A DNA stretch of 64,000 nt from assembly GCA_949292375.1 (NCBI GenBank), contig CASEZG010000002.1, positions 78,182 through 142,181 on the forward strand, given 5' to 3'. This stretch comes from an uncultured Pseudomonadota bacterium. GTDB taxonomy: Bacteria > Pseudomonadota > Alphaproteobacteria > RF32 > CAG-239. Every line of letters starts with the position of its first letter. Positions within the stretch are counted from its first letter, which is position 1. Of this stretch, positions 55,264 to 64,000 are shown one piece after another. The notes below the pieces were generated by a model that saw nothing but the letters and a program-made list of their open reading frames with translations, was not told the DNA's origin and ran no database searches. Both the position numbers and the translations under genes were made by a program.

Positions 55264-56205
55264 TTACTTTTTTAGGCTTTCAGACAGCACAGGACGGCGG
55301 TATGATAAGTTTACGGGTCTTACGAAACTTGGCATATTGTCATCTGTTGTGCTGTCTTGTTTGGCTTTCTCAAGAGGTTTTACCTCTCTCTCCGGCATTA
55401 TTTTTGCCTGATACAAGCAAGACATTTCCGAAACTGGTTCGTAAAAATCCTCAAGCCCAGATATGTTCTCTTTATACCCTAAATAAAGAAAACCTCCTTC
55501 CGCTTGTCTTGTATATATTTTTTCCAGATGTTTGCGTTGCGTTTCTTTATCAAAAAAGTGCAATACATTGCGGCAAAAGATAATATCAAATTTTTCCATG
55601 AATGTTAAATCGTCCATCAAGTTATAACGACGAAACTCAACCATATCGGCAATATCATCGTTTATAACCCAACCTCCGCGTTCCTGATGAAAATTATCAA
55701 TTATCATTCGAGCATTCAATCCCATTTGAACCTCAAACTGATTATATAAACCATGCTGCGCCTTGGTTATTGAAACTGTTGATAAATCCGTACCGATAAT
55801 TTTTATATCCCAATCTCCGTTCATAGGTAAGGCATTATGAACAGCCATCGCAATAGAATAAGTTTCTTGGCCCGAGGAGCAACCCAAGCTCCAAATACGC
55901 AACTTTTTTGCGCCTCTGTTCAACTCTTTAATATGCGGTAGTATGCTCTCTTCAAAATTTTTAAAAACTTTATAATCCCTATAGAAACTGGTTTCAGACA
56001 AAGCCAAAGCTTCAACCACTTGCCAAAGCAAAGCCTTTTGTCCCATTTTGAGTTCGGCAATCAGTTCCTCTACTGAGGCATAGCCTTTTTCGCGCACAAA
56101 ATTGTACATTTTTTTATCAATGATGAAATACTCGTCATCATTAAAATCCCAGCCTGCATTGTCTTTTAAGAGCTTTAGAAGATAGTTATAATCGCGTTTC
56201 CTCAT
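55264..56205 (-). CDS. cheR: Chemotaxis protein methyltransferase CheR
   Basis: ETSFYRDYKVF and LRIWSLGCSSGQETYSIAM, with IIFCRNVLHFF; canonical CheR. Confidence 0.85.
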   Translation of the reverse strand: MRKRDYNYLLKLLKDNAGWDFNDDEYFIIDKKMYNFVREKGYASVEELIAELKMGQKALLWQVVEALALSETSFYRDYKVFKNFEESILPHIKELNRGAKKLRIWSLGCSSGQETYSIAMAVHNALPMNGDWDIKIIGTDLSTVSITKAQHGLYNQFEVQMGLNARMIIDNFHQERGGWVINDDIADMVEFRRYNLMDDLTFMEKFDIIFCRNVLHFFDKETQRKHLEKIYTRQAEGGFLYLGYKENISGLEDFYEPVSEMSCLYQAKIMPEREVKPLEKAKQDSTTDDNMPSFVRPVNLSYRRPVLSESLKK

Positions 56206-56214
56206 GGTTTTCTC

Positions 56215-56580
56215 CTAAATCAGCCCCAAAATTTCCAACTTGCTGATGATAATTTCTTCATCAAAAGGCTTCATAATATAGTCATCAGCCCCTCCGCTCA
56301 AGGCATCATCTATCTTGTCGGGATCTGTTATTGATGAACAAAACATAATTTTGGGCTGAGGTATTTTTTTCAAACTTCTTATTTTATATAGGGCATCTAT
56401 ACCATCCAGAACAGGAAGACGCCAATCCATTATGACAACGGCTGGTTCGTTTAACTCCACAGCCTCTACAACTTCTTCTCCGTCTTCTGCCTCAACGACA
56501 TCAAAACCAAGATTGGCCATAATTTTTGACAGCAACATTCGAATAACTCGAGAATCATCTGCTATTACACATTTAGCCAT
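56215..56580 (-). CDS. Single-domain response regulator (CheY-like receiver)
   Basis: 121 aa with DD (IADDS), phospho-acceptor D in VVIMDWRLP, S/T (CSS) and K (IMKPF). Confidence 0.85.
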   Translation of the reverse strand: MAKCVIADDSRVIRMLLSKIMANLGFDVVEAEDGEEVVEAVELNEPAVVIMDWRLPVLDGIDALYKIRSLKKIPQPKIMFCSSITDPDKIDDALSGGADDYIMKPFDEEIIISKLEILGLI

Positions 56581-56588
56581 TCTACCAC

Positions 56589-57200
56589 CTATTCAATACT
56601 CAGCGCGAAAACATCCGTTTCAATTACGTTTAACTTCAGTTTGAACTTATTTAAAATCTCTTGTAAATAGAACAAGGGTGCGTATTGTGCCGTGTGCTCG
56701 ATTAATTTTCCATTAACGGCATCTGATATTGTTTTAATTTTTTCTGCTGAACGGTGCTCTCCTCCGGCAGAAATAAGCAGGCGACCAACCTCTTCTTTGA
56801 CTTCTATTTGTCCACCTTTGATAAAGGTATCTGCCAAAATCATTACGGCAAGCATTGACATTCGGCTTAATTGCCAATTTTTAAGGTTCATTTGCAGGGT
56901 TATCGGATAATTAACATTGCCTAGTGTTTTTAGGTAATCCGCCGTTGTTTTCTCAACTAAATCTAACTTTTCGAGATTGGAATTATCCAAACCAAAAGCC
57001 ATACGGAAAAATTTTAACCTTGCCGTTAATACTCCGGAACTTACTTTTAATATGGAGCGAATATCATCCATAAAATCCATATCACCTTCTTCCAACAACT
57101 CGACAGCATTTGATACTGCTCCGATATTGCCGATTAGGTCGTGGCTGATGCGGGTGCAAATTAGTTCTGATATTTCGGTTGATGATATTGTATTTTCCAT
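56589..57200 (-). CDS. chpT: Histidine phosphotransferase ChpT
   Basis: ELICTRISHDLIGNIGAVSNAVELLEE matches the ChpT/HPTransfase phospho-His helix. 203 aa. Confidence 0.8.
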   Translation of the reverse strand: MENTISSTEISELICTRISHDLIGNIGAVSNAVELLEEGDMDFMDDIRSILKVSSGVLTARLKFFRMAFGLDNSNLEKLDLVEKTTADYLKTLGNVNYPITLQMNLKNWQLSRMSMLAVMILADTFIKGGQIEVKEEVGRLLISAGGEHRSAEKIKTISDAVNGKLIEHTAQYAPLFYLQEILNKFKLKLNVIETDVFALSIE

Positions 57201-57207
57201 AGCTCAC

Positions 57208-58398
57208 CTAAAAACTGTATAAATCCGTATTCATATAACGTTGGTCTTCTCTTGACATCCTTGTATAATCAAGCTCCCGCAACATCGGATCTTCCAATAC
57301 CAGCCGACCTGTTGCTGCTTGAAGATAAGGTTTATTGCCTCCCAAACCCCAGATGACATCATCTCGGTTATCCGGACTACCATACTTTTGGTTAATTTTT
57401 TTCCAAAAATCATAAATTTTTATGTTGCGAAGATAAATAGCTTTTTGCGAATTTCCCGTTATGTTGGCGGCTTCGCTCTTATAAAAAATCTTATAAGCCT
57501 TATTGCCGGTAAAATTACTGGTAAATTTTACTTCAATCGTTTCTTTTGTGTCATATTTGGCATAAGATGCCGTTTCAACATATTGGTGCTTGTCCCTTTG
57601 GGCAACCTTAATGACACAATTTTCTAGACGTTCGTAACCAACAACACCTGAAGCTCGACATTTTTCCTCATTCCGCCAACGAATAAAATTCGGAATATCC
57701 ATTTTCTGGACCGTGCGACGAAAACCTCGCTTGGTCAACGTATCATCAATCTGCTTAAAAGACATTCTTAGCATCGCGCCAGAAATATCAAAAACAGAAG
57801 CATTTGAACGTCGGCTGCGCTTTTTGGATTTTTCCATCATCGTCTCAAGGTTTGTCTCTGCTGATGCTGATGATGCACCTGATGTTGAGGAAGATGCTAC
57901 CTTATCTTCTGCTTTCTCGGCCAATTTGTTAATCCAGCTTTCTCCTCCTTTTGCTGACTGCGTTTGACTTCCCGTGTCTTTTAAGTTTGCGGTCAGGGAT
58001 TGATCCTTATCTACTTTAATTTCACCTTCTGCTTCCGGCTTGTTTTCCTCTGCGGCGTTTTTTTCCTCGGGATTGGGGTTAAGCTGCACAGGAGATTTTT
58101 GCAGCATGGGTATCTCTACCGGTTCGTTTGATTGCATATCTTCTTCAAAGGCATTGCCGATATTGTCAAAATTAAATTCTTCGTCATCAACAAATTTTGG
58201 TGCATCAATAACAGAACCGTTCGGAGTTGGAGATAAAGAGGTTTTGGTCATGGCATTGGGTTGCAGGGCGGAATTTTCCATAGCTTGTTTTTCTGAGAGT
58301 TCGGGATAAACCGCAGGATCATACTCCTCATCCGCCCAAGACGAAGCCGCACAAAAAGCCGCTAAACAGCTGATTATAACCCAAATATAACCTTTCAT
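57208..58398 (-). CDS. Secreted hypothetical protein (396 aa)
   Basis: Signal peptide (IISCLAAFCAASSWA), acidic/low-complexity N-terminal half and a folded-looking C-terminal half. No family recognised. Confidence 0.5.
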   Translation of the reverse strand: MKGYIWVIISCLAAFCAASSWADEEYDPAVYPELSEKQAMENSALQPNAMTKTSLSPTPNGSVIDAPKFVDDEEFNFDNIGNAFEEDMQSNEPVEIPMLQKSPVQLNPNPEEKNAAEENKPEAEGEIKVDKDQSLTANLKDTGSQTQSAKGGESWINKLAEKAEDKVASSSTSGASSASAETNLETMMEKSKKRSRRSNASVFDISGAMLRMSFKQIDDTLTKRGFRRTVQKMDIPNFIRWRNEEKCRASGVVGYERLENCVIKVAQRDKHQYVETASYAKYDTKETIEVKFTSNFTGNKAYKIFYKSEAANITGNSQKAIYLRNIKIYDFWKKINQKYGSPDNRDDVIWGLGGNKPYLQAATGRLVLEDPMLRELDYTRMSREDQRYMNTDLYSF

Positions 58399-58551
58399 TT
58401 CAGAATCGCATCCTTTCCTTTTGCCCTACTATATCCGTTTTTTCCTAATTAGCAAAGTGTTAGCTTTAAGTTATCAATAAGAAGAATGTTGAAATTTTGG
58501 TTTACAAAATCAGGAAAAACGGCTAAATTTCCGCTAAAATTAGCAGGAGTG

Positions 58552-59919
58552 ATGATGGTGGAAAAAATTGTTCATGTTATCGGTGCCGGCTTAGCCGGTT
58601 GTGAAGCAGCTTGGCAGATTGCCTCGCGCGGCGTAAAAGTCGTTATCCACGAAATGAAACCCAAAAAATATTCTCCGGCGCATAAAAACGCCGATTTTGC
58701 CGAGTTGGTTTGCTCAAACTCTTTGCGCTCCGATGATTTTTTACATAATGCCGTCGGACTTATGCACGAAGAAATGCGACGTGCCGGCTCCTTGATTATG
58801 GCTTGCGCCGATAAAACAAAAGTTCCGGCCGGTGGCGCATTGGCCGTTGACCGTGACGGTTTTGCCGCAGAAGTTACACAAAAGATTAAAAATCATCCCC
58901 TTATTGATATTTCCTATGAGGAGATTGATTCCCTCCCTGATGCCTCTTTCGGAAGAGTGATTATTGCCACGGGGCCTTTAACCAGCGAAAATTTGGCTCA
59001 CTCCATCCTTAAAGAAATCAACAACCAAGCCTTATCTTTTTATGATGCCATTGCGCCGGTTGTTTACAAAGACAGTATTGATTTTTCCAAGGCTTGGTAT
59101 CAGTCTCGCTATGATAAAGGAGATAAACTGGATTATATCAACTGTCCGCTTTCTCAAGAAGAATATTATCGTTTTGTAGATGAGCTTCTAAAAGCGCAAA
59201 AAGTTGAATTTCATGACTTTGAAGAAGCGCATTATTTTGACGGCTGTCTGCCGATTGAGGTTATGGCCGAACGCGGTATTGAAACCTTGGTTTTCGGTCC
59301 CATGAAACCAATCGGTCTGACAAACCCGCATTCTGACCAAAAGCCTTATGCCGTTGTTCAGCTCAGGCAAGACAACAAAGAAGACACCTTACGCAATATG
59401 GTCGGATTTCAAACAAAAATGAAATATGGCGAACAAGAACGTATTTTTCGGATGATTCCGGGGCTTGAAAATGCTGAGTTTGCGCGTCTTGGCGGCATCC
59501 ACAAAAACACCTTTATCAAAAGCCCTGTCCTCTTAGATGAATTTTTACGCCTAAAAATTCGACCGAATATCAGTTTTGCCGGTCAAATCACCGGTTGCGA
59601 AGGTTATATTGAAAGCGCATCCGTTGGTCTTATGGCAGGATATTTTGCCGCGACTGAAGCTTTGGGACAAACACCTGTTCTTCCTCCTCGAACAACAGCG
59701 TTCGGCTCTATGCTTGCCCACCTGATTGATGACACAAATTGCGATGATTTTCAGCCGATGAACATAAATTTTGGTATTTTTCCGACCATAACAGGTGAAA
59801 AAACCGCCAACGGAAAATTCCGCAAAATTAAAGGGACCGAGCGCAAAACCGCCTATTGTGAACGGGCTCTCGCAGACTTAACACCTTGGTTGGAGAAGTT
59901 TAATGAAAACAAGGCATAA
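58552..59919 (+). CDS. trmFO: Methylenetetrahydrofolate--tRNA-(uracil54-C5)-methyltransferase TrmFO
   Basis: [26 protein letters not shown], and [13 protein letters not shown]; canonical TrmFO/Gid. RBS AGGAG before the ATG at 58552. Confidence 0.9.
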   Translation: MMVEKIVHVIGAGLAGCEAAWQIASRGVKVVIHEMKPKKYSPAHKNADFAELVCSNSLRSDDFLHNAVGLMHEEMRRAGSLIMACADKTKVPAGGALAVDRDGFAAEVTQKIKNHPLIDISYEEIDSLPDASFGRVIIATGPLTSENLAHSILKEINNQALSFYDAIAPVVYKDSIDFSKAWYQSRYDKGDKLDYINCPLSQEEYYRFVDELLKAQKVEFHDFEEAHYFDGCLPIEVMAERGIETLVFGPMKPIGLTNPHSDQKPYAVVQLRQDNKEDTLRNMVGFQTKMKYGEQERIFRMIPGLENAEFARLGGIHKNTFIKSPVLLDEFLRLKIRPNISFAGQITGCEGYIESASVGLMAGYFAATEALGQTPVLPPRTTAFGSMLAHLIDDTNCDDFQPMNINFGIFPTITGEKTANGKFRKIKGTERKTAYCERALADLTPWLEKFNENKA

Positions 59920-60763
59920 GCAAGCAAAAGACGAGAATTTTCCGGTTGGGTCCCTCTTGATTTCCAAAGAGCTCCGCCCTTTGGTGGCAAAATATTATAA
60001 ATTTGCTCGAATGGCTGATGATATTGCCGATAACCCAAAGCTTAACATGAAGCAAAAGCTCCAAGCCCTTGATGAAATGGAAGATATTTTATATCAGCGA
60101 ATCGGCAGCAAAAGTAAAAAACTTTCCTTCATTAACGGCTTGCGCAAGGATTTTATAAGCGAAAACTTATCTTTCTCTCTTTTGACAGACTTGTTGGTTG
60201 CTTTTCGGCAAGATGCCAGAAATTTTACTTATGAAACTTGGGCACAACTTACGGAATATTGCCGTTGGTCTGCAGCTCCCGTTGGACGTTTTATGTTGGC
60301 CATACATAATGAAAACCCTTCTACTTATTTGCCGGGGGCTTCGCTTTGTGTGGCTTTGCAGATAGAAAATCATCTTCAAGACATAAAATATGATGCAAAA
60401 TTATTAAAAAGGGTGTATATTCCATCCGGTATGCTGAAAAAGTTTGGCGTAAAAGTTAAGGATTTGCTTAAAGATAAGGAAACGCCGGCTTTGAACAGCT
60501 TGAAAAAAGACATTTTGCAAAAAGTGAAAGGTTTGATTAAGGAGGCGGAAGTCCTGCTCTCCATCGTAAAAAGCAGACGGCTCAAATTGGAGCTCGGCGT
60601 TATTCTTTCTTTAACTCATATTATGTTAAAAAAGTTAGAGAAAGAAGATGTTTTGGCAAAAGATGTTAAACTCTCCAAAACAGATTGGCTGAAAGCTGTT
60701 GTTTGTGGCATTGCCAAAGGCTTGTTTACAAAACCGAAAACATTGACTACAAAAGGTTTGTAA
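59903..60763 (+). CDS. hpnC: Hydroxysqualene synthase HpnC (squalene synthase family)
   Basis: [34 protein letters not shown], the HpnC N-terminus with a DDxxD-type motif. Confidence 0.85.
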   Translation: MKTRHKQAKDENFPVGSLLISKELRPLVAKYYKFARMADDIADNPKLNMKQKLQALDEMEDILYQRIGSKSKKLSFINGLRKDFISENLSFSLLTDLLVAFRQDARNFTYETWAQLTEYCRWSAAPVGRFMLAIHNENPSTYLPGASLCVALQIENHLQDIKYDAKLLKRVYIPSGMLKKFGVKVKDLLKDKETPALNSLKKDILQKVKGLIKEAEVLLSIVKSRRLKLELGVILSLTHIMLKKLEKEDVLAKDVKLSKTDWLKAVVCGIAKGLFTKPKTLTTKGL

Positions 60764-61602
60764 TGAACAATAATATCAAAAAAATCGTTAAAAAATCAGG
60801 TACCTCCTTCTTTTGGAGTATGAGATTTCTTCCCAAAGCAAAACGTGAAGCTATGTATACGCTTTATGCTTTCTGCCGTCATATTGATGACATTGTTGAC
60901 GGCGACAGCTCTATCGCCGAAAAGCAAGAACTGTTGCAGGCTTGGCGCGAAGAAATGGATAATATCTATGATAAAAAAGTTCCCGCAACAGATATCGGAC
61001 GCAAAATTTATAAAAATTGCATGCGTTTTAAGCTGCCAAAATCCGAATTTTTGCGCTTGATTGACAGCATATCTATGGATGTTCCTAATCCCGTACAAGC
61101 TCCGAGCCTGAATGATTTTTACAGCTATTGCCGCGGTGTTGCCGGTGTGCCGGGAAGTTTGTCTTTGCGCATTTTTGGCTGCAGTGATGAGAAAATGATT
61201 GAGGAGCTCTCCTCTTCTCTCGGGAATGCCTTGCAAATTACCAACATCTTACGTGATGTTAAGGAAGATGCTTTGGCCGACAGGTTATATATCCCTCGTG
61301 AGTTTTTAGAAAAAGCAGATATTAATATTACCGACCCGAAATCCGTTATTACTGATAAAAATTTGGTCTTTGCCAGAGAAGAATTGGCAAAACTTGCCAG
61401 TAAAGATTTTCAAAAGGCCTATGAGCTGATAAAACTTTTAGATAAGAAGACTGCCCGCCCCGTAAAGATGATTGCAAATATCTATAAAAAATATTTCGAT
61501 ATTATGCAAAAGCGCGGCTGGGAAGTTATCTCCCCTAAACCGACAATCAGCAAATTTGAGAAGCTTGCTTTAGCCCTTAAAGCTCTGTTGTCTAACAAAT
61601 GA
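60763..61602 (+). CDS. hpnD: Presqualene diphosphate synthase HpnD
   Basis: SGTSFFWSMRFLPKAKREAMYTLYAFCRHIDDIVD and ALQITNILRDVKEDALADRLYIP. TAATG overlap with hpnC. Confidence 0.85.
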   Translation: MNNNIKKIVKKSGTSFFWSMRFLPKAKREAMYTLYAFCRHIDDIVDGDSSIAEKQELLQAWREEMDNIYDKKVPATDIGRKIYKNCMRFKLPKSEFLRLIDSISMDVPNPVQAPSLNDFYSYCRGVAGVPGSLSLRIFGCSDEKMIEELSSSLGNALQITNILRDVKEDALADRLYIPREFLEKADINITDPKSVITDKNLVFAREELAKLASKDFQKAYELIKLLDKKTARPVKMIANIYKKYFDIMQKRGWEVISPKPTISKFEKLALALKALLSNK

Positions 61603-62663
61603 GTTCTGCTCTTGTAAAATATCATATTATTGGTGCGGGGATTGCCGGCTTACAGACAGCTCAATTGCTTAAGCGCAAATATCCGCAAGCACAGATTGTT
61701 GTTTATGAGGCGGCAAAAAACATCGGCGGACGTTGTTTTTCTTTTTCTGATACAAAACTTGCCGCAACCTTAGATAATGCCACACATGCCGTTTTGCGCG
61801 GAAATAGTTTGGCTGCTAAACTGCTTGGCAAAAATACCAAATTTGCTCCAGCTGCTTTTTACTCTCCCAAAATAGGAAAAATAAGCCGCAAGAAATTTGA
61901 CTTTATCAGCGAAAAAGCCTTGGCTCTGTTCAACCTTCCTCTTAATAAAGTTGCACAAGGTGTTGTTTTTAAAACCTTATCCAAACTTTTCCCTTTTACC
62001 TCACGGCAGCTTGATGTTTGGTTCTCACGCGGAGATTTGAGCTCCAAACTGATTGAACCTCTGGCGCAAGGGCTTGATATTCGCCTTGGATGGAAGCTGA
62101 AAGATTTTGCCGCACAAGATGGGTATATTTACAAGCTCATTTTCAACAAAGAAAGCATTGCTCTTCTGCCGCAAGATAAAGTTATCTCGGCCTTAGATGC
62201 GCATAACTTCATCAAAATCTTCGGCGGCGAAGATTTTGCTTATAATGAAATCATAAATATCTTTTATCGGACCAGTATGCAAATCAGCCTGCCCGAAGGT
62301 TCGGAGTTTTTGGGTTTGAGCAATATGCAAGCACAATGGCTGTTTTCTTCTCCGGGGATTTTGACCGTAACTATAAGTGATGCCGAAAATCTTAAACTCT
62401 CGGATGAAGAATTGGCTTTATCCGTTTGGAAAGAGGTTTGCGCTCTACGCGGTCATCAAAGTGCTTTTTTGCCGGCTTACAGAGTGTTGCGCCATAAAAG
62501 AGCCACCATCCGCCAAGACAGTCGTAACAATGCGTTACGCCCGACAAATTGCCGAAGCAAGTGGAAAAATATGTATCTTGCCGGCGATTGGACAATGAAA
62601 AATTGGCCTTGTTCTATTGAAGCGGCCCTTACCTCCGCACAACGCATCGCGAAAATCTTGTAA
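61599..62663 (+). CDS. hpnE: Hydroxysqualene dehydroxylase HpnE (FAD-dependent amine-oxidase fold)
   Basis: YHIIGAGIAGLQTA...YEAAKNIGGRC is a dinucleotide-binding motif. ATGA overlap with hpnD and C-terminal LAGDWT. Confidence 0.8.
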   Translation: MSSALVKYHIIGAGIAGLQTAQLLKRKYPQAQIVVYEAAKNIGGRCFSFSDTKLAATLDNATHAVLRGNSLAAKLLGKNTKFAPAAFYSPKIGKISRKKFDFISEKALALFNLPLNKVAQGVVFKTLSKLFPFTSRQLDVWFSRGDLSSKLIEPLAQGLDIRLGWKLKDFAAQDGYIYKLIFNKESIALLPQDKVISALDAHNFIKIFGGEDFAYNEIINIFYRTSMQISLPEGSEFLGLSNMQAQWLFSSPGILTVTISDAENLKLSDEELALSVWKEVCALRGHQSAFLPAYRVLRHKRATIRQDSRNNALRPTNCRSKWKNMYLAGDWTMKNWPCSIEAALTSAQRIAKIL

Positions 62664-62695
62664 AAAAAACTCCGGTTAACTTACCGGAGTTTTTT
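62662..62695. terminator. Bidirectional rho-independent terminator (hpnE / rplS convergent)
   Basis: AAAAAAAACTCCGGT-taactt-ACCGGAGTTTTTT. Confidence 0.7.
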
Positions 62696-62716
62696 AGATT
62701 TCTTTATCGCAAAGGA

Positions 62717-63115
62717 TTATTCTGCGTCTTTGTTCTCTTCACGAGCTTTGGCAGCTGCCGTCAAGTCGTCGGCAATACGAGCTGAACGACCACGCAATGC
62801 ACGCAAGAAGTACAACTTCGCACGGCGGATTTTACCGATACGAGATACTTCAATCTTAGCTACGTTCGGAGAATATAACGGGAATACACGCTCAACACCC
62901 TCACCGAAAGAGATTTTTCTAACAGTGAAAGAAGAGTTCAAGCCGTCATTCTTACGAGCGATGCAAACACCCTCATAGATTTGGATACGTTCACGGTCGC
63001 CTTCTTTTACTTTGGTATGAACCTTCAAGGTATCACCCGGTTTGAAGTTCGGGATATTTTTACCGGAAGTGAGCTTCTCCATCTGCTCTTTTTCTAAGTT
63101 TTCAATAATGTTCAT
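62717..63115 (-). CDS. rplS: 50S ribosomal protein L19
   Basis: [36 protein letters not shown]...[21 protein letters not shown]; canonical L19. Confidence 0.95.
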   Translation of the reverse strand: MNIIENLEKEQMEKLTSGKNIPNFKPGDTLKVHTKVKEGDRERIQIYEGVCIARKNDGLNSSFTVRKISFGEGVERVFPLYSPNVAKIEVSRIGKIRRAKLYFLRALRGRSARIADDLTAAAKAREENKDAE

Positions 63116-63156
63116 TACTTTTACCCTTTGTAAAATTATTTATGTTCTCTATATAC

Positions 63157-63846
63157 CTAAACCTTTTTAGAATCAAGATATTTTTTATAAAGGTCAGGCC
63201 GTTTGCGCTTTGTTACTTCTATGGATTTTTCGTGCCTCCATGTGGCAATATTTTGATGATGTCCGCTTAAAAGAACCTCCGGTACTTCGCGTCCGTCCCA
63301 AACTATCGGCCTCGTATATTGCGGATACTCCAAAAGTCCGGTCTCAAAACTCTCATCCGTTGTGGACTCTGAGTTGCCCAAAACTCCCGGAATCAATCTG
63401 ATTATGGCATCCAACATTATCATGGCCGCCTGCTCGCCCCCGGTAAGAATATAATCGCCAATACTTATCTCCTCAATCTGACGGGCTTCTATGACTCTCT
63501 CGTCTATCCCTTCAAACCGACCGCAGATGACGGTGATTTCTTCTTCCAATGACAGTTCATGAACTTTAGCCTGGGTAAGAGGCTCTCCGCGTGGGGACAT
63601 ATATATCAGACGACCCTGTTTGTAATTGGCTTTTATGGCCGCATCCAAAATATCAGGACGCATTATCATACCTGCTCCGCCGCCGCAGGGAGTGTCATCT
63701 ACCGAACCATGCTTGTCAAAAGCATAATCCCTGATATTGACCGTCTCCAGTTGCCACAAGCCCTTGTCTAAGGCCTTGCCCGTTAAGGAATACCCCAAAA
63801 ACCCCGGAAATATCTCCGGAAATATGGTCAGTATCTTAACCTTCAT
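63157..63846 (-). CDS. trmD: tRNA (guanine37-N1)-methyltransferase TrmD
   Basis: MKVKILTIFPEIFPGFL..., DDTPCGGGAGMIMRPD, and CGRFEGIDERV. ATG at 63846 preferred over the upstream start. Confidence 0.9.
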   Translation of the reverse strand: MKVKILTIFPEIFPGFLGYSLTGKALDKGLWQLETVNIRDYAFDKHGSVDDTPCGGGAGMIMRPDILDAAIKANYKQGRLIYMSPRGEPLTQAKVHELSLEEEITVICGRFEGIDERVIEARQIEEISIGDYILTGGEQAAMIMLDAIIRLIPGVLGNSESTTDESFETGLLEYPQYTRPIVWDGREVPEVLLSGHHQNIATWRHEKSIEVTKRKRPDLYKKYLDSKKV

Positions 63847-64000
63847 CGGCAACTTTTTCCTCTGCTTCTTCTGGTGCAAAGTTCATTATCGCAGATTCAA
63901 CAATAATATAGCCTTCTTTAACATTCACCTCAGGAACATATTGCTTGGTAAAAGGTATCATCTCAAGCCGGTTGGTCGCTTTGACCTTGAGCTCCAAGAT
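63836..64000 (-). CDS. rimM: 16S rRNA processing protein RimM, C-terminal fragment (runs off the window)
   Basis: Not in the ORF track. Manual translation: ILELKVKATNRLEMIPFTKQYVPEVNVKEGYIIVESAIMNFAPEEAEEKVADEG-stop. It shows a PRC-barrel-like pattern, fits the rimM-trmD-rplS synteny, and overlaps the trmD start by 11 nt. Confidence 0.7.
   Translation of the reverse strand: MLELKVKATNRLEMIPFTKQYVPEVNVKEGYIIVESAIMNFAPEEAEEKVADEG

Noticed and set aside
58486-58551. Long N-terminal extension of trmFO from the TTG at 58486
   Set aside because: The conserved TrmFO N-terminus begins at the dinucleotide-binding motif right after the ATG at 58552, which has a good AGGAG RBS. The extension is not TrmFO-like.

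Overview
This 64 kb window looks like a chromosomal segment of a fairly AT-rich alphaproteobacterium. The lineage call rests on ChpT, a short rod-binding-only FlgJ, hpnCDE, an RNase E with a large S1-domain insertion, and the rne / amiC-mrcA-prfB arrangement. Most of the window is housekeeping:
- an arsR-permease pair and redox genes
- ybaK plus an ABC-F ATPase
- a late flagellar operon (flgI, flgJ-like, flgN-like, flgK, and an enlarged flgL) behind a textbook sigma54 promoter
- a glgB-glgX-malQ glycogen operon
- tRNA-Leu(CAA)
- cysS and gltX
- an mlaC-like gene and an amino-acid binding protein
- an AsmA-like giant membrane protein
- prfB, whose programmed +1 frameshift exon is missing from the ORF track
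- mrcA, amiC, rne and an M48/TPR protease
- chpT-cheY-cheR
- trmFO, hpnCDE, and rplS-trmD-rimM

The clear accessory region is about 29.3-40.3 kb. It holds a tightly packed, single-strand set of 17 ORFs of T7/BPP-1-type podovirus morphogenesis genes: terS-like, terL, an embedded lysis trio, portal, scaffold, capsid, and two ORFs in the gp11/gp12 (tail-tube) positions. I could not recognise an integrase, a replication module, a tail fibre or large internal core proteins. The module lies divergent to a CI/LexA-like regulator whose S24 catalytic dyad appears to be lost. A strong intrinsic terminator sits between two small leader ORFs and the packaging genes. This is the best candidate for an unusual system, either a domesticated GTA-like particle locus or a trimmed prophage.

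Smaller observations include:
- a duplicated 109-aa module inside FlgL
- a perfect 32-bp tandem duplication in a divergent promoter region
- a hairpin-bearing intergenic repeat
- a hypothetical protein with a Cys-type nucleophile elbow

All functional calls come from motif recognition by eye. No database searches were run.
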